Source: the human T2T-CHM13v2.0 reference genome, Homo sapiens. Taken from it: a stretch of DNA of 64,000 nt. The notes beneath the pieces were generated by a model, which worked only from the letters and a program-made list of their open reading frames with translations, had not been told where the DNA came from and made no database searches. Of the stretch, positions 1-16,235 are shown in pieces. The translations under genes were made by a program, and so were the position numbers. Position 1 is the first letter of the stretch. The number at the start of each line of letters is the position of its first letter. The stretch lies in assembly GCF_009914755.1 (NCBI RefSeq), contig NC_060938.1; one strand, written 5' to 3'.

Positions 1-324
<324 letters not shown>

Positions 325-519
325 TAATTTCTCAGATAAGTCATAGATGTTTCAAAAAATATTTTTGGGAAGCCAATGGGAGAGAGATTATCTTTCCTAA
401 AACCTTACTGACATAGATACAGGTATTAGACAAGATAATCCAAAGTGTATTATCTCTGTTTTGAAAACCAAGCAAGAACAAAAAACCAAAACCAGAAAAA
501 CTAAAAACAGAAAACTATT

Positions 520-1290
<771 letters not shown>

Positions 1291-1299
1291 AGTAAAATA

Positions 1300-1600
1300 G
1301 GCCAGGCGTTGTGGCTCACGCCTGTAATCTCAGCACTTTGGGTGGCCAAGGAGGGGTGATCACTTGAGGTCAGGTGTTCAAGACCAGCCTGGTCAACATG
1401 GTGAAACCCCGTCTCTACTAAAAATACAAAAATTAGCTAGTTGTGGTGGTGGGCACCTGTAATTCCAGCTACTCAGGAGGCTGAGGCAGAAGAATTACTT
1501 GAACCTGGGAGACAGAGGTTGCAGTGAGCTGAGATTGCACCACTACACCCCAGCCTGGGCAACAGAGCAAGATTCTGCCTCAAAAAGAAATAATAAAATA
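1300..1600 (+). mobile_element. Alu (AluS-type)
   Basis: Full dimer, TSD aaaataagtaaaata on both sides. Confidence 0.95.
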
Positions 1601-1774
1601 AAATAAGTAAAATAAAAGGGAAAATATAATTTAATGTTGACCACACCTACCTGCTTTTAGAGATTTCTCTTCAAGCAGCCCTCTCCTTTCTGGACTGTAT
1701 CAATTTAGACAATTAACACATTTGAATAAAATCACTGTCTACAGGTGTCATACAAATCACATGCAGATGACAGA

Positions 1775-1930
1775 CAGAGCTAGGTTCAGTTTTCAGTCCT
1801 GTGGAAGACTGACTGTGAGCTTTGAGCCTCAGATTCACCATCAGTTACATGGGAGTAATAACAATGCTTGCCTCACTTTGTTGTGGTAAAGATTATTTAA
1901 GACAAAATGAGCTAATGTGTATGAAAGCTC
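1775..1930 (+). mobile_element. MIR
   Basis: Core 'tgagcctcagattcaccatcagttacatgggagtaataacaatgcttgcctca...gctaatgtgtatgaaagc'. Confidence 0.75.
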
Positions 1931-2406
1931 TTGTGGTACCTCCCATGACTGTCACTTGCCATAGCTGACAGCAAACATATTATGCAACAAAAGACTTCCT
2001 ATTTTTCAAAAGTATTTTCCCCTTGCTTTCTTTTTATCTATAAGTCTTACAAAGTAGAATTGGTGAGATTCAGCATCTAAAACACCTTACTTATTTGCAT
2101 TTCTTTCTATTCCTCTGATACGTTAGTTACTCAGCCTTGTTCATCTCAGAACTGTTGGCCAATCCAAACAGAGATGAGGAAAAGGGACTCAACCTCTCAG
2201 TCCTCAAAGGGCCTGTAATTACCCATGTTCTCTTCTCTGAAGCTGTTCATAAACCCTTTTTGGCTTCTCCATGTTAGTGCAACTTCTCGGAAAGGCCACA
2301 GACCTGAATTCTAGATCATGTGCAGTCCTTGTTGCAACTTTGTGCTCTCCCCTACTTAATAGTACTGGCCTTCTTAATACCAGTGGAGCAATCCATGGAG
2401 TTTTAA

Positions 2407-2727
<321 letters not shown>

Positions 2728-3159
2728 AATTTAATACACTCTTTAATGTGCTTTGTTTGAAATCTTCTTTTGAAGAATCCAGGAACCCATGAGATTCTTT
2801 GGTGCCTACAAATTCTGATCTCCTTTAAAGGTCATGAAAACTGTGAGAACCCCATTAGAGCTAAATGAGTTTTAAGGTAAGTGAAACTTCCTTGGAGTTT
2901 TCTGATTGATGACCTAGTAGTCTAAGTCGCAGGTGAAAACATAGAATTCTTAGGGAGAAAAAAGATGCAAATAGAATTTTATGCTCAGTAGCATGTTTCA
3001 GCTCTTATAAATAATTGTCAGGCAATATTTTCCTACTTGTAAAATGAGGGACATGAAATGATCCTTCTCTCAAGAGTGATGAGTTATTAGAGTAATTGAC
3101 AAAAGGTCAACTCCAGTGAAGACATATGTATTGAATGTCTACTATGTATCAGCCAAGTA

Positions 3160-3513
3160 CAGTCATCCCTCAGTAGCTGTGGGTGATTGGTTCTAGGACC
3201 CCCTACAGATGCCAAAATTTGTGAATGCTCAAGTCCCTTATATAGAATAGCACAGTATTTGCATATAACCCATGCATATCCTCCTGTATACTTTCAATCA
3301 TCTCTAGATTACTTAATAATATAATACCTGTATTATAAAACACAATGTAAATGCTATGTAAATACTTGTTATACTGTATTATTTAGGGAATAATGACAAA
3401 AAAAGGCCCGTACATGTTCAGTACAGATGCAAGCATTGTAGGCCTACCCCATTTTTTATCTGTGGCTGTTTAACTCTGTAGATGCAGAATCCATGGACAC
3501 TGAGTGTTGACTG
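3160..3513 (+). mobile_element. MER2 (TcMar-Tigger non-autonomous DNA transposon) inserted in an L2 relic
   Basis: Termini cagtcatccctcagt... and ...ctgagtgttgactg, TA target duplication on both sides, internal 'gctcaagtccctta...tttgcatataacc...tcatctctagattactt'. Confidence 0.9.
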
Positions 3514-3515
3514 TA

Positions 3516-4330
3516 CTCTTTCAGGGACAATAATAGACTGACCCTTATAGGACTTACAATATGGTGGAAAATGTAGAAAATATGCTGTTGTAAAGTGTGA
3601 AAGAAGCCCTAAGAAGGGCCTTGAAGGGTGCTATTATGGTATTTAGAGGGATGACCAACCCATCAGTTGGGGGTGAGGATGGGAACATTTAGTTGTAGAA
3701 GCCATCCCAGAAAAAGAGATACTGTCTTCATCTGTTTTATTTTGCTATGACTGAATGCCACAGATTGAGTAATTTATAAAGAAAAAAATTAGAATAAAAA
3801 AAGAAAATGAAATTTTAAAAATATGAAGAAAAAAGAAAAAGAAAAGAAATTTATTTAGCTCATGGCTCTGGAGGCTGGGAAGTCCAAGAGCATAATACCA
3901 GCATTTGGCGAAGGCCTTCTTGCTGGATCATAACGTGGCAGAAAACATCACATGATGAAAAGAAAGAGCATGCATGTCAGCTCAGATATTTCTCTTCCTC
4001 ATTTTATAAAGCCTGAACAGTCCCATCACGGGCCCCCACCCTGATAACCTTATCTAATCTTAATGACCTCCCAAAGCCCTACCTCCAACCAACATGAATT
4101 TGGGGAATAAATTTCCAATATATGAAATTTGGGGAGCACATTCAAACCACAGCAGAGGCCTAAGCCAGGACTTGAAAGACGAATAGAAGATAACTGAAAG
4201 GGGAGTGGAGGTGGAATGTAGAAGAATATTCCAGGCAGAAAGAATCATGTACCTACTGATCCAAAGTCATGAAAGAGCTAGACAAACTGGAAAATAGAGA
4301 GTAAGCCAGGAATGATGAGCAGGTGTAGAT
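3516..4330 (-). mobile_element. L2 fragments (split by a MaLR LTR)
   Basis: 'gacttacaatatggtgg', 'aagccaggacttgaaagacgaatagaa...gaatattccaggcagaaagaatcatgtac' are typical antisense L2 3' sequence. Confidence 0.6.
3722..4155 (-). mobile_element. MaLR solo LTR (MST/MLT1A class)
   Basis: 'gctcatggctctggaggctgggaagtccaagagcat...acattcaaaccacagca'. Confidence 0.85.
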
Positions 4331-4370
4331 TACTAGAAAAGTCAAACAATATAAAACAATAATTATCTAG

Positions 4371-4490
4371 AGCCAGGCACGTTGGTGCATGCCTCTAGTC
4401 CCAGCTACTTGAGAGGCTGAGGTGGGAGGATTGCTTGAGCCCAGGAGTTTGAGACCAGCCTGGGCAACTTAGCAAGACCCCATCTAAAAA
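4371..4490 (+). mobile_element. FLAM (free Alu monomer)
   Basis: Single ~120-bp monomer ending gaccccatctaaaaa. Confidence 0.85.
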
Positions 4491-4817
4491 TCATCTAAAT
4501 ATAGCAGATGCCATAACATATTTAAAGGGTGGGCTTAAGTCCCTAGCAATAATCAGAGCTATGGCCTTCCTTAAATCAATTTGATTGGAAGCACTTTGAT
4601 AGCTCCTCCAGCATCTAGCACAGGGCCTTGCACATAATTGCCACTCAGTCCATATTATTGAATGAGGGCACTTCTAGGTATTTGTTTCATTCCATGACCT
4701 GTACTGATATCATTATTCTCATATAGTCCTATCAAGGGCTCATCCTCGGTCATTGTGCTGATTTTGATGGAAAGGACATCGCAAGGCTCAACCTGCTTTA
4801 AAACACTTCCTCAGTAG

Positions 4818-5231
<414 letters not shown>

Positions 5232-5634
5232 TAGATATAAATGAGGTCATATTAACTTTCTAATGCTCCAAATATAACTTGAGCCCCCACTTAATTGATT
5301 ACTAGTCAAATATTTCCCAAATATTCCTGTCGTCCCCCAAAGGATAGCTTATATCTGCTTACAGTGTGTCCACTACAGTAATCATCCAAGCCAACCATGT
5401 TCCTTTCCTGCTAGTCTAGCAACACTGTGTTCACCCATATGCCCTGCCTGTCCTCCAAGTAGCTTGAAGGAATCTCATTGTTGCCTTGGTAATGATGCTG
5501 TACCCTCCTGATATTGGTGGTGGCCTTGCCAAGAGCATGGTCTTCTGATTCCCTCTGGCTCCACTATCCAGGTGCCAAGCTGAGCAGGGAGGAGTGGACA
5601 CCCCCAGCTCTGAGCCATGCCTTTCACCTGAAAT

Positions 5635-5840
5635 TTCAAGTGATCCTCCTGCCTCAGTCTTCTGAGTAGCTGGGATTACAGGCTTGCACTGCTACACCTG
5701 GCTAATTTTTTGTATTTTTAGTAGAGATGAGGTTTCACCACGTGGGCCAGTCTGGTCTTGAACTCCTGACCTCAAGTGATCCACCTGCCTTGGCCTCCCA
5801 AAGTGCTAGGATTACAGGCATTGAGCCGCTGCACCCGGCC
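5635..5840 (-). mobile_element. Alu, partial (tail end missing)
   Basis: Starts abruptly at ttcaagtgatcctcctgcc, with left arm complete. Confidence 0.9.
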
Positions 5841-6712
5841 AGAATCTGCAACTCTTAAATGACAACTTCCTCACTTCTATCACCCAGGTTTCAAAAATCT
5901 TAGGGCCCAGGCCCAGCTAAAGCACTTTAGGCACAAAGGAAACTCTGCCATCCAGAGGGGAAAAGGTAAGCTCCTTTGCTATTAACCTAATAAACTCTGA
6001 ATTATTTAGCAGATTGGTAAAGGCATGAAGGGTCTAAAGTCTGAAGACCAGCCAATGTCAGAGTATTAAATCCCTGAGACTGGAAAACTCTAGGTAGTTT
6101 CATAGGAATCTGGTAGAAAATGGGAAGAACAAAGGATGAGAGGGAAAGCTTCCAAAAACAGATTCTAGACATAAATTATATGCAAGACAAACTCTGACCT
6201 ATCAATTAAGCTCTAAACTTTTTGACTTTCTAACATCACCCATAAGTTAATATCACAACAAACTCTGAAAGTGTTGTCATAAATATGACTGACACAAGAT
6301 TACAAATCTCAATAAATAAAGAGGTCCTATTCACAGACTGGAAATCATAATAAGCTTCCATTAGAAAATGGCAGAAATTATGAACGTAAATTAACAAAAG
6401 AGGAAATGAAAACTTGAAAATTGTTAAGAGAATAGGATAAAGACTTCATCTGGTACAGTAGCAAAAAATGTAAAGTAAAACAATAATTGCATGCCACTTG
6501 TGCCAAAGTTTGTACCTGATCAGGGAGGATCCCTAATGGCATGCTCATGAGAGTAGAATTTATTCTGTATGAATAAATTTTAATGTATGAAAACATTAAA
6601 GGATATTTTATCAGGAGAGTAACATCATATCAGCCACCCCCCACCTTTTTTTTAAGGAAAAGGAAGATTAATTAGTCAATGCGATGTAGGATGAATTAAA
6701 GAAGATGAGACT

Positions 6713-7136
<424 letters not shown>

Positions 7137-7390
7137 CTAACTTCTTCCATTCACTATACTGTCTCTCACCAGACCTTGCTTCCTGATAAGGGATGCCATT
7201 ATACCACAAGACTTTCTATAAAATGATATAACACAACAACATCCAATAACTCATTTTCAAATTAAATAGAGGTGTCCTTTTAAAGAAATTTCTTTCACAA
7301 ATATTAGCAGGCACCAGCATCAAGAATTAGAGCACTTCTATTTTCAAAAGATGCTTTTTTTTTGGTCCATGAAACATGAGGAACAATTTT

Positions 7391-7417
7391 TTTTCTCACC
7401 CTGCCTTATGGTGCTGA
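7391..7417 (-). mobile_element. Micro-retroposed insertion (23 nt plus short poly-A) with 13-bp TSD
   Basis: gaggaacaatttt at 7378-7390 and 7418-7430 flanks ttttctcaccctgccttatggtgctga. Confidence 0.6.
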
Positions 7418-8129
7418 GAGGAACAATTTTATCAGCCCCCTTAAAATGGCTATGCCATCCATTTTTAACGGTCCTGCTTTATTGCAAAGGTAGTCTAATG
7501 AAATGAGACTTCCTTAAGTTTGGCTTTTCCCCAAAGACAAAGAATTTTCTGATACTTATTTTTTAGAATATTTCAACTTTATCTTAGAAGATCTCTTTTC
7601 CTAAGTGGACATAAATATTGTTTCCTTCTATCAAAGAAATAAGCGAACAGCAATTCTGTTTAACTGGCAATAACATTGAGCAAAAACTTATTTTGCCTGC
7701 TCAGATTTCTTCTGTTTACTTTCTGTTTTAACTGTGTTCCCCAGAGCTCACTAAGACATGGTGATGCAATGATGGTTTACCCTTTCCCCAACTAAGGCTT
7801 GCTTTCACCCCAGCCATCAGTGTACTCAAGTGACAAAAGAATTAATTTTAAAAAATTACTTATTGTTATTGCATGGAGGCCTTTTTCAGAACTCCACCAG
7901 GCAGAGCTCTAGGTATGGAGAAACAGAATATTTGGATTATAGTAACTTTCTCTTTCTTATTGTAGGTAGGTGCTTTGGGCCTTGCTGGTCCTAGCTCTCC
8001 TTGGCAGTGTCCTTCATAGACAGAAGGAAAAAACGTTAGTCTTCTTGATAGAGATCAGGGAAAGCGGGTGTGTTTCAAGATGTGTAGCTAATAGCAGCAT
8101 GTGGGAATGAAGGAATGGAATAAGTACGG

Positions 8130-9644
<1,515 letters not shown>

Positions 9645-11226
9645 TAATTGTTTTTCCAACCCCCAAATCAGCATCCATGACTACATAAACTTTTTGGCCG
9701 TTTGACCAAATGGGGACATCTGGCATACTGCTATCAACCAATATGTAAGTAATTGAACTTTGATATATCACGTCAACCCAGAGGAAACTACAGCTATTGA
9801 AGTAGCAGGAGTGTCCCGGGGGACTGGGAGAGGGTGGATGTGGCCTACAGACCACTTCCATGATCTCATGTATTATCTCTTTTTTATACTTCTGTATTTT
9901 CACAATTATCTGATTTTTGTGTTTTATATTATTTTATATTCTTCTTCCAACCCTGACCCCTTTCTTTCCTTTACAGTGTTTGAGCTTTAGTGTTCTTGCA
10001 AAAGAATTTTCATAAGTTGGGGTCTGAAATAAATGTATTATAATTCTTGCTAACTGAAATACGTTCCCAGCCAACTTCATTCATCAGCTCACACTGGGCA
10101 AAGCCTCTGGAGCGTGAGGTGGGAGGTGCTGCTTCTGCAGGAGTTCCTAGCACTGGAGTCCTAGGGATAGGACCCTTACACATGTTATCTCAGTACATGG
10201 ACCCTGTGGTTCACCTGGTATAAGGCAGAGGCTCTCAGTGTACTTCTATGTCCAGCTTGTGCCTTGTCTTCTTGTTTCTTAAACATGTGTTTCTATTTAG
10301 TCACATTGCACCTTGTTCTATTAACCAACATAGTGGGTGTACATTTCAGGCTACACATTCAATTGTACAAGAAACATCCTTTTTTTCTCTATTCTGCCAG
10401 GTAGTTGAAAATTAAGCTCAGGGTCTGAGTTCTGGGATGTTCACCAGTACCAAGGAGTCAGAATGGAGGTGAGGAACTGGGAGCATCTGTTTTATGTTGT
10501 CATCATTTATCCATTCTGGCATCTGCCAAAATTGTCAGTGTTCCTGTCCGATCTTTGATGGTGGATCAATGGATCACTGTTTTGTCTTCCTTGTCCCAAG
10601 CGCAAGGCTTCTTCAGGCCTGCTAGCCTTCTCTCAGCTACATTTGTAGTATTTTTTGAGTGACATAGTGACCTATAGAAAATGCGAGGCCCTCTGAGCAG
10701 GGGGAAACATCATGTAGCCATTTACACTCTGTCATATCCAGCTGAGTGGGGAGAACTGAAAGACCTAGCAGGCTCCTTAGGTTCTACCTTGAGACAGTGA
10801 AGATGGAATGTCTTAGCTGCTAGGGCTCAGGGAAGGGTGAGTGGAACTAAGAAATACTGGGTAGGGTAGGGGAAGAAGGGATGGGAGGAAGGAGAGGAAC
10901 TCTAGGTTAATAGCTCAAAATATTATTCGACTACACAAATATTAATGGGTCTATATTTTGGGTTCCTGATTTTGGGTGTAAGACAATAATAAGCCTGTAA
11001 ACTATTTGACTTACTCGTTCTAAAGATGTAGCTAAGATAGGATATTGTTTGAAAAACTTCAGTGCTGTTCATATTAATAGCAGAATTGGAAAGCAGTGAT
11101 GTTGTCTGGTGCCTCTAGTTTCCTTTTTGTCTCTCTCTCTTTTTTTTTATTGCTTTCTCTTCCCCAGGCATTATCTTGGTCTCTTTGGACCCAGGGTTAA
11201 AAATGGAGATATATTCATTCATACTA

Positions 11227-11565
<339 letters not shown>

Positions 11566-12288
11566 AATACTTAAATTTAAAAAAAGGCAGCCCCCACATT
11601 TAAAATAAAGGAATGGATCATTATAGATGGGATTGAAGATAATTGGAGTGTGCCTGAGATTTTTCTGGGAAGAGAAAAAAAAAAGGGAAAAATCCAAAAA
11701 AATAAAAGATAATTGGAAAGGAGAGATTTTTATCTATTTCTCACTATTGGAGTAATCACTGCATGGTTCAGAGTAAAGGAAAGGGTGCTCTCTCTGATTT
11801 CCCTGGAAGCCTGGAACAAATGAGTTAAGGGAGGGACAACTCAGAGAAGGGAGCAGTTGCAATACAGAAGAGCGCTGGTATACAAAGGTACCTATCAGGC
11901 CATCAGGGGCAGAACTGCAGAACAGCTATCAGAAGGAGCCTGTCAGAGTCAGGTATTAAACAGGGCTGGTACATGGAAGTGTTAAGACAGGTTGAGAAGT
12001 AGGAAGACTGAGGGTTTCTCAGGTAAAGTCCAAAAGAGGGAATGGGAAAGGACATTTGATGTATATATGCTTGGCATGTGCTGTGGGTTTAAAGATACTG
12101 AGCCAGAATGGTTAGAGCTCCTGATGATGATGAAGGAAGTGGTCTCTTTAGTGTTGTTGAAAAATTCTTACCATGCAAATGTGCTGTTTATTGCTTTTTG
12201 AAATACAGTCAGAATTGATTTTCAACTGTAGCTGTTTGGTATATACCTTTAGGTATTTATGTCTTAAATTAATACCTTTCAGATGTAA

Positions 12289-12624
<336 letters not shown>

Positions 12625-12649
12625 TAACTTCTTTTTAAAAAATTATTTT

Positions 12650-12666
12650 TTATATATACATATATA

Positions 12667-12698
<32 letters not shown>

Positions 12699-12794
12699 AA
12701 ATAAATGTTGTCATCATTTATCCATTCTGGCATCTGCCAAAATTGTCAGTGTTCCTGTCCAATCTTCGACGTATATATATGTATATATGTATGT

Positions 12795-12795
<1 letters not shown>
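12650..12795. repeat. (TA)n/(TG)n microsatellite (Alu tail-derived) holding a 67-bp copied insert
   Basis: tatatatacatatatatgtgtgtgtgtatatata... resumes after 12771. Confidence 0.9.
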
Positions 12796-13075
<280 letters not shown>

Positions 13076-13536
13076 TAATCACCTATATTCTCAGTGCAAA
13101 AGTTGTAAACAATGTTACCTCTAAGATTTTCCAACATGGTTGAATCCTTTCATTCCACCTTGGCTCAGCAGAATGGGCCAAGCCCAGTTACACAAGGAAT
13201 TACTTCAAATTTTCTTGGGCTACCATTGTCCTGCCTGACTTGCCCACATCTGGTTTAATGTCTCCTTACTAGATTTGGCTAGTCTCATTGCATCTGCATC
13301 TGTTTAGCCAGCTGATTGGTCAGGATTCTGGTCCTGACTACCCTCCAACTGATTGACTGGTCAGGATTCTGAGCTTTGGCACCATTCTCCTGCCTTCCTG
13401 ATTGTAGATTTTCACTCTAGGCCAGATATTGGCTGCATGTCTCAAGCCTTAGGACCTCCCCTTGGTATGTTATTGCCCAGGCATGAGGACCTTGATATAG
13501 CTAATTGGGTTGATGGCAGTCAGAAGTGGGAGTACA

Positions 13537-13822
13537 GGCTGGGTGCAGTGGCACTTTGGGAGGCCAAGGTGGGAGGATCACCTGAGGTCAGGAGTTCGAG
13601 ACCAGCCTGGCCAACATGGCGAAACCCCGCCTCTATTTAAAATACAAAAATTCACCAGGCGTGATGGTGTGTGCCTGTAGTCCCAACTAGTTGGGAGGCT
13701 GAGGCAGAAGAATTGCTTGAACCTAGAAGGCAGAGGTTGCAGTGAGTGTGAGATTGCACCAGTGCACTCCAGCCTGGGCAGCAGTGCAAGACTCTGTCTC
13801 AAAATAAATAAATAAAAAAAAA
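13537..13822 (+). mobile_element. Alu (AluS-type, small 5' deletion)
   Basis: TSD aagtgggagta. Confidence 0.95.
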
Positions 13823-13868
13823 ATAAGTGGGAGTAGAACACAAAGAAATATGTTTTAACTATGCTCTA

Positions 13869-14255
<387 letters not shown>

Positions 14256-14619
14256 TCAGAATCAGGTACTTCTTAAGCGGTAGTAGCCAAAGGGATTATT
14301 TGCTGATGGTTAGCAAAGCTTGCTTGGGAGACTTTTCCAAAGTGAAGGGATGGTTGAGATGAGCTAGCTTCAGACCCAGGAGAAATGGATCCACTGAGAC
14401 AAATGTACACATTATGCCTAGATTTGGATTTTTGAAAAAATGACAGGAAAACAAACAAACTAACAAGTCTGGGTCAAACAACTAGCCAAACACTTAAGAA
14501 TTGCTGAGGGGGTGGCCTTTTCTGAGAAACACTTGAGCACAAAGGTTAATTAGAAAGACAGTTTCACAAACGCAGCCCGGTCTTGCAGAGAGCAGTCTTA
14601 CCTTGTACCTAGCAAGGGG

Positions 14620-14840
14620 CAGATTGGCACAGTGGACAGAGCCTGGGCTTTGGAGCCAGAAAAGCCCGAATTGGATCCCTGGCCCCTTACATTTATGGCT
14701 TTGTGCTCTTGTACAAACCATCAAATCTTCCTCAATCTCAGTTTTCTTCAAGCATAAAATAGATTATCTCAGAGGTTATTGTAATGATTAAAGGCAATGC
14801 GTATAAATCTCTTGGCCAATAAATGGTTGCTCTTATTTCA
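14620..14840 (+). mobile_element. MIR
   Basis: 'cagtggacagagcctgggctttggagccaga...atctcagttttcttcaagcataaaat...gttattgtaatgattaaa'. Confidence 0.8.
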
Positions 14841-15701
14841 ATGAAGGTCAAATTCTAGTGACTCTCACAGTCACTATGAGGCTTGTTACCTGGTTATATG
14901 GATAATACACATATATTTCTGGATTCCAAAGCACGACTCAGGATGCTTTGTGATTGCCAACACGTTCCACCAGAGGCCTGTTTCCAGACCTTTCTTATTT
15001 TTGCCAAGTAGAGATAAATGCTGATGGAAACTGTCACCTGTCACATTCCCAGCCCCCAGGCATCTCCCTAATCTCTCTGTTTCTCTGCAAGCAGGGCTGT
15101 CAGGGAAGGCAGATCAAGAGCTCAGACAACAAGGGACTACAGCTTTGGCCTCACTCCTTTGTCCATTCAAAGAGATGTACCAGATGCTTAGAGCTGGCTT
15201 GGAGGAACAGGCTAAAGGAGCCCAGATAGTTTAATAGTAAAAGATCCCCGTACACATCGGTTTTAAGCAAAAGACTATATGTTTGTATGATAAAATATTA
15301 CCACTTAATTGTGGTCCTGGCCAGAATTAATCACAATTTTAATCAGCAATGCTGCAATGTAAGTAAGAAGGGGGTCCTGGGAAAATGCTCTGGACTTTTA
15401 AAATTTATCTCAGTGGAATGTGTAGAAAAACTTCTGGGTGTTACTGCTGGCATGGATTCTCACTTACTACATGGGTTCTCATTTCCTCATTTAATCCCCA
15501 AATTTATTTCAAAATATGACTTTGCCTCCCGGTAGTGACCATCAGAGTAACAGTGATTTCATAAGGTCAGTCTGGAAATCAGAATAAGTTTTGTTTTCAC
15601 TGGTGAAATTGGTGAATTGTTTCACCAATTCCTCGATTGTCTTGCAGTCAGTTCAAATGAACGGTTTGTTCATTCAGTGCCTCAATTGCCTCAAGTCAGG
15701 G

Positions 15702-16175
15702 TGTTATAAATAAAGTTTCGGTGCTGCAAAATAAATAGCACTCAAATATAAAACTTTCTTTTTAATTATCAGCAAGGCAAGTTACTCCTACAGAAGGGTG
15801 CGCCCTTACAGATGGAGCAATGGTGAGCGCACACTTGGACAAGGGAGGGGAAGGGGTTCTTATCCCTGACGCACATGGCCTCTGCTGCTGTGTCGTTCCC
15901 CTATTGGCTAGGGTTAGACCGCACAGGCTAAATAATTCCGATTGGCTGATTTAAAGAGAGTGATGGGGTGAGTGGTTTGGTGGGAAAAATGGTTATGACA
16001 GAGCAGGTAATCGGAATGAGTCAGGGTGGAAAAGGTAATTGGAATGAGTCAGGGTAGAGCAGGTAATCGAAAAAGGTTGCTTTGCGAGGAAGTTAAGTTT
16101 AAAAGTAGAGGGCAAAGAATTGAACATACTAACATATTGATTCTTTGAAAAGAAATTTAGAATGCATATCTAACA
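15702..16175 (-). mobile_element. 3' LTR (LTR10F-like), 474 bp
   Basis: Two TGAGTCA units (16017, 16045), ATTGG (CCAAT) boxes; adjacent to PPT. Confidence 0.88.
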
Positions 16176-16187
16176 ACCCCCCCTCTT
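16176..16187 (-). promoter_or_regulatory. Polypurine tract
   Basis: Minus strand aagagggggggt directly precedes the 3' LTR. Confidence 0.85.
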
Positions 16188-16235
16188 GCATTTCCTCACA
16201 ACTCTTTCTTTTCAAACTTTTTAACATGTCTTGGC

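Noticed and set aside
11720-12100. Possible ancient LTR relic
   Set aside because: Composition is suggestive, but no termini or diagnostic motif could be identified.
14602-14608. 7-nt minus-strand micro-exon (ccccttgctag|GTACAAG|gtaaga)
   Set aside because: Weak pyrimidine tract running into a MIR; compatible with chance.
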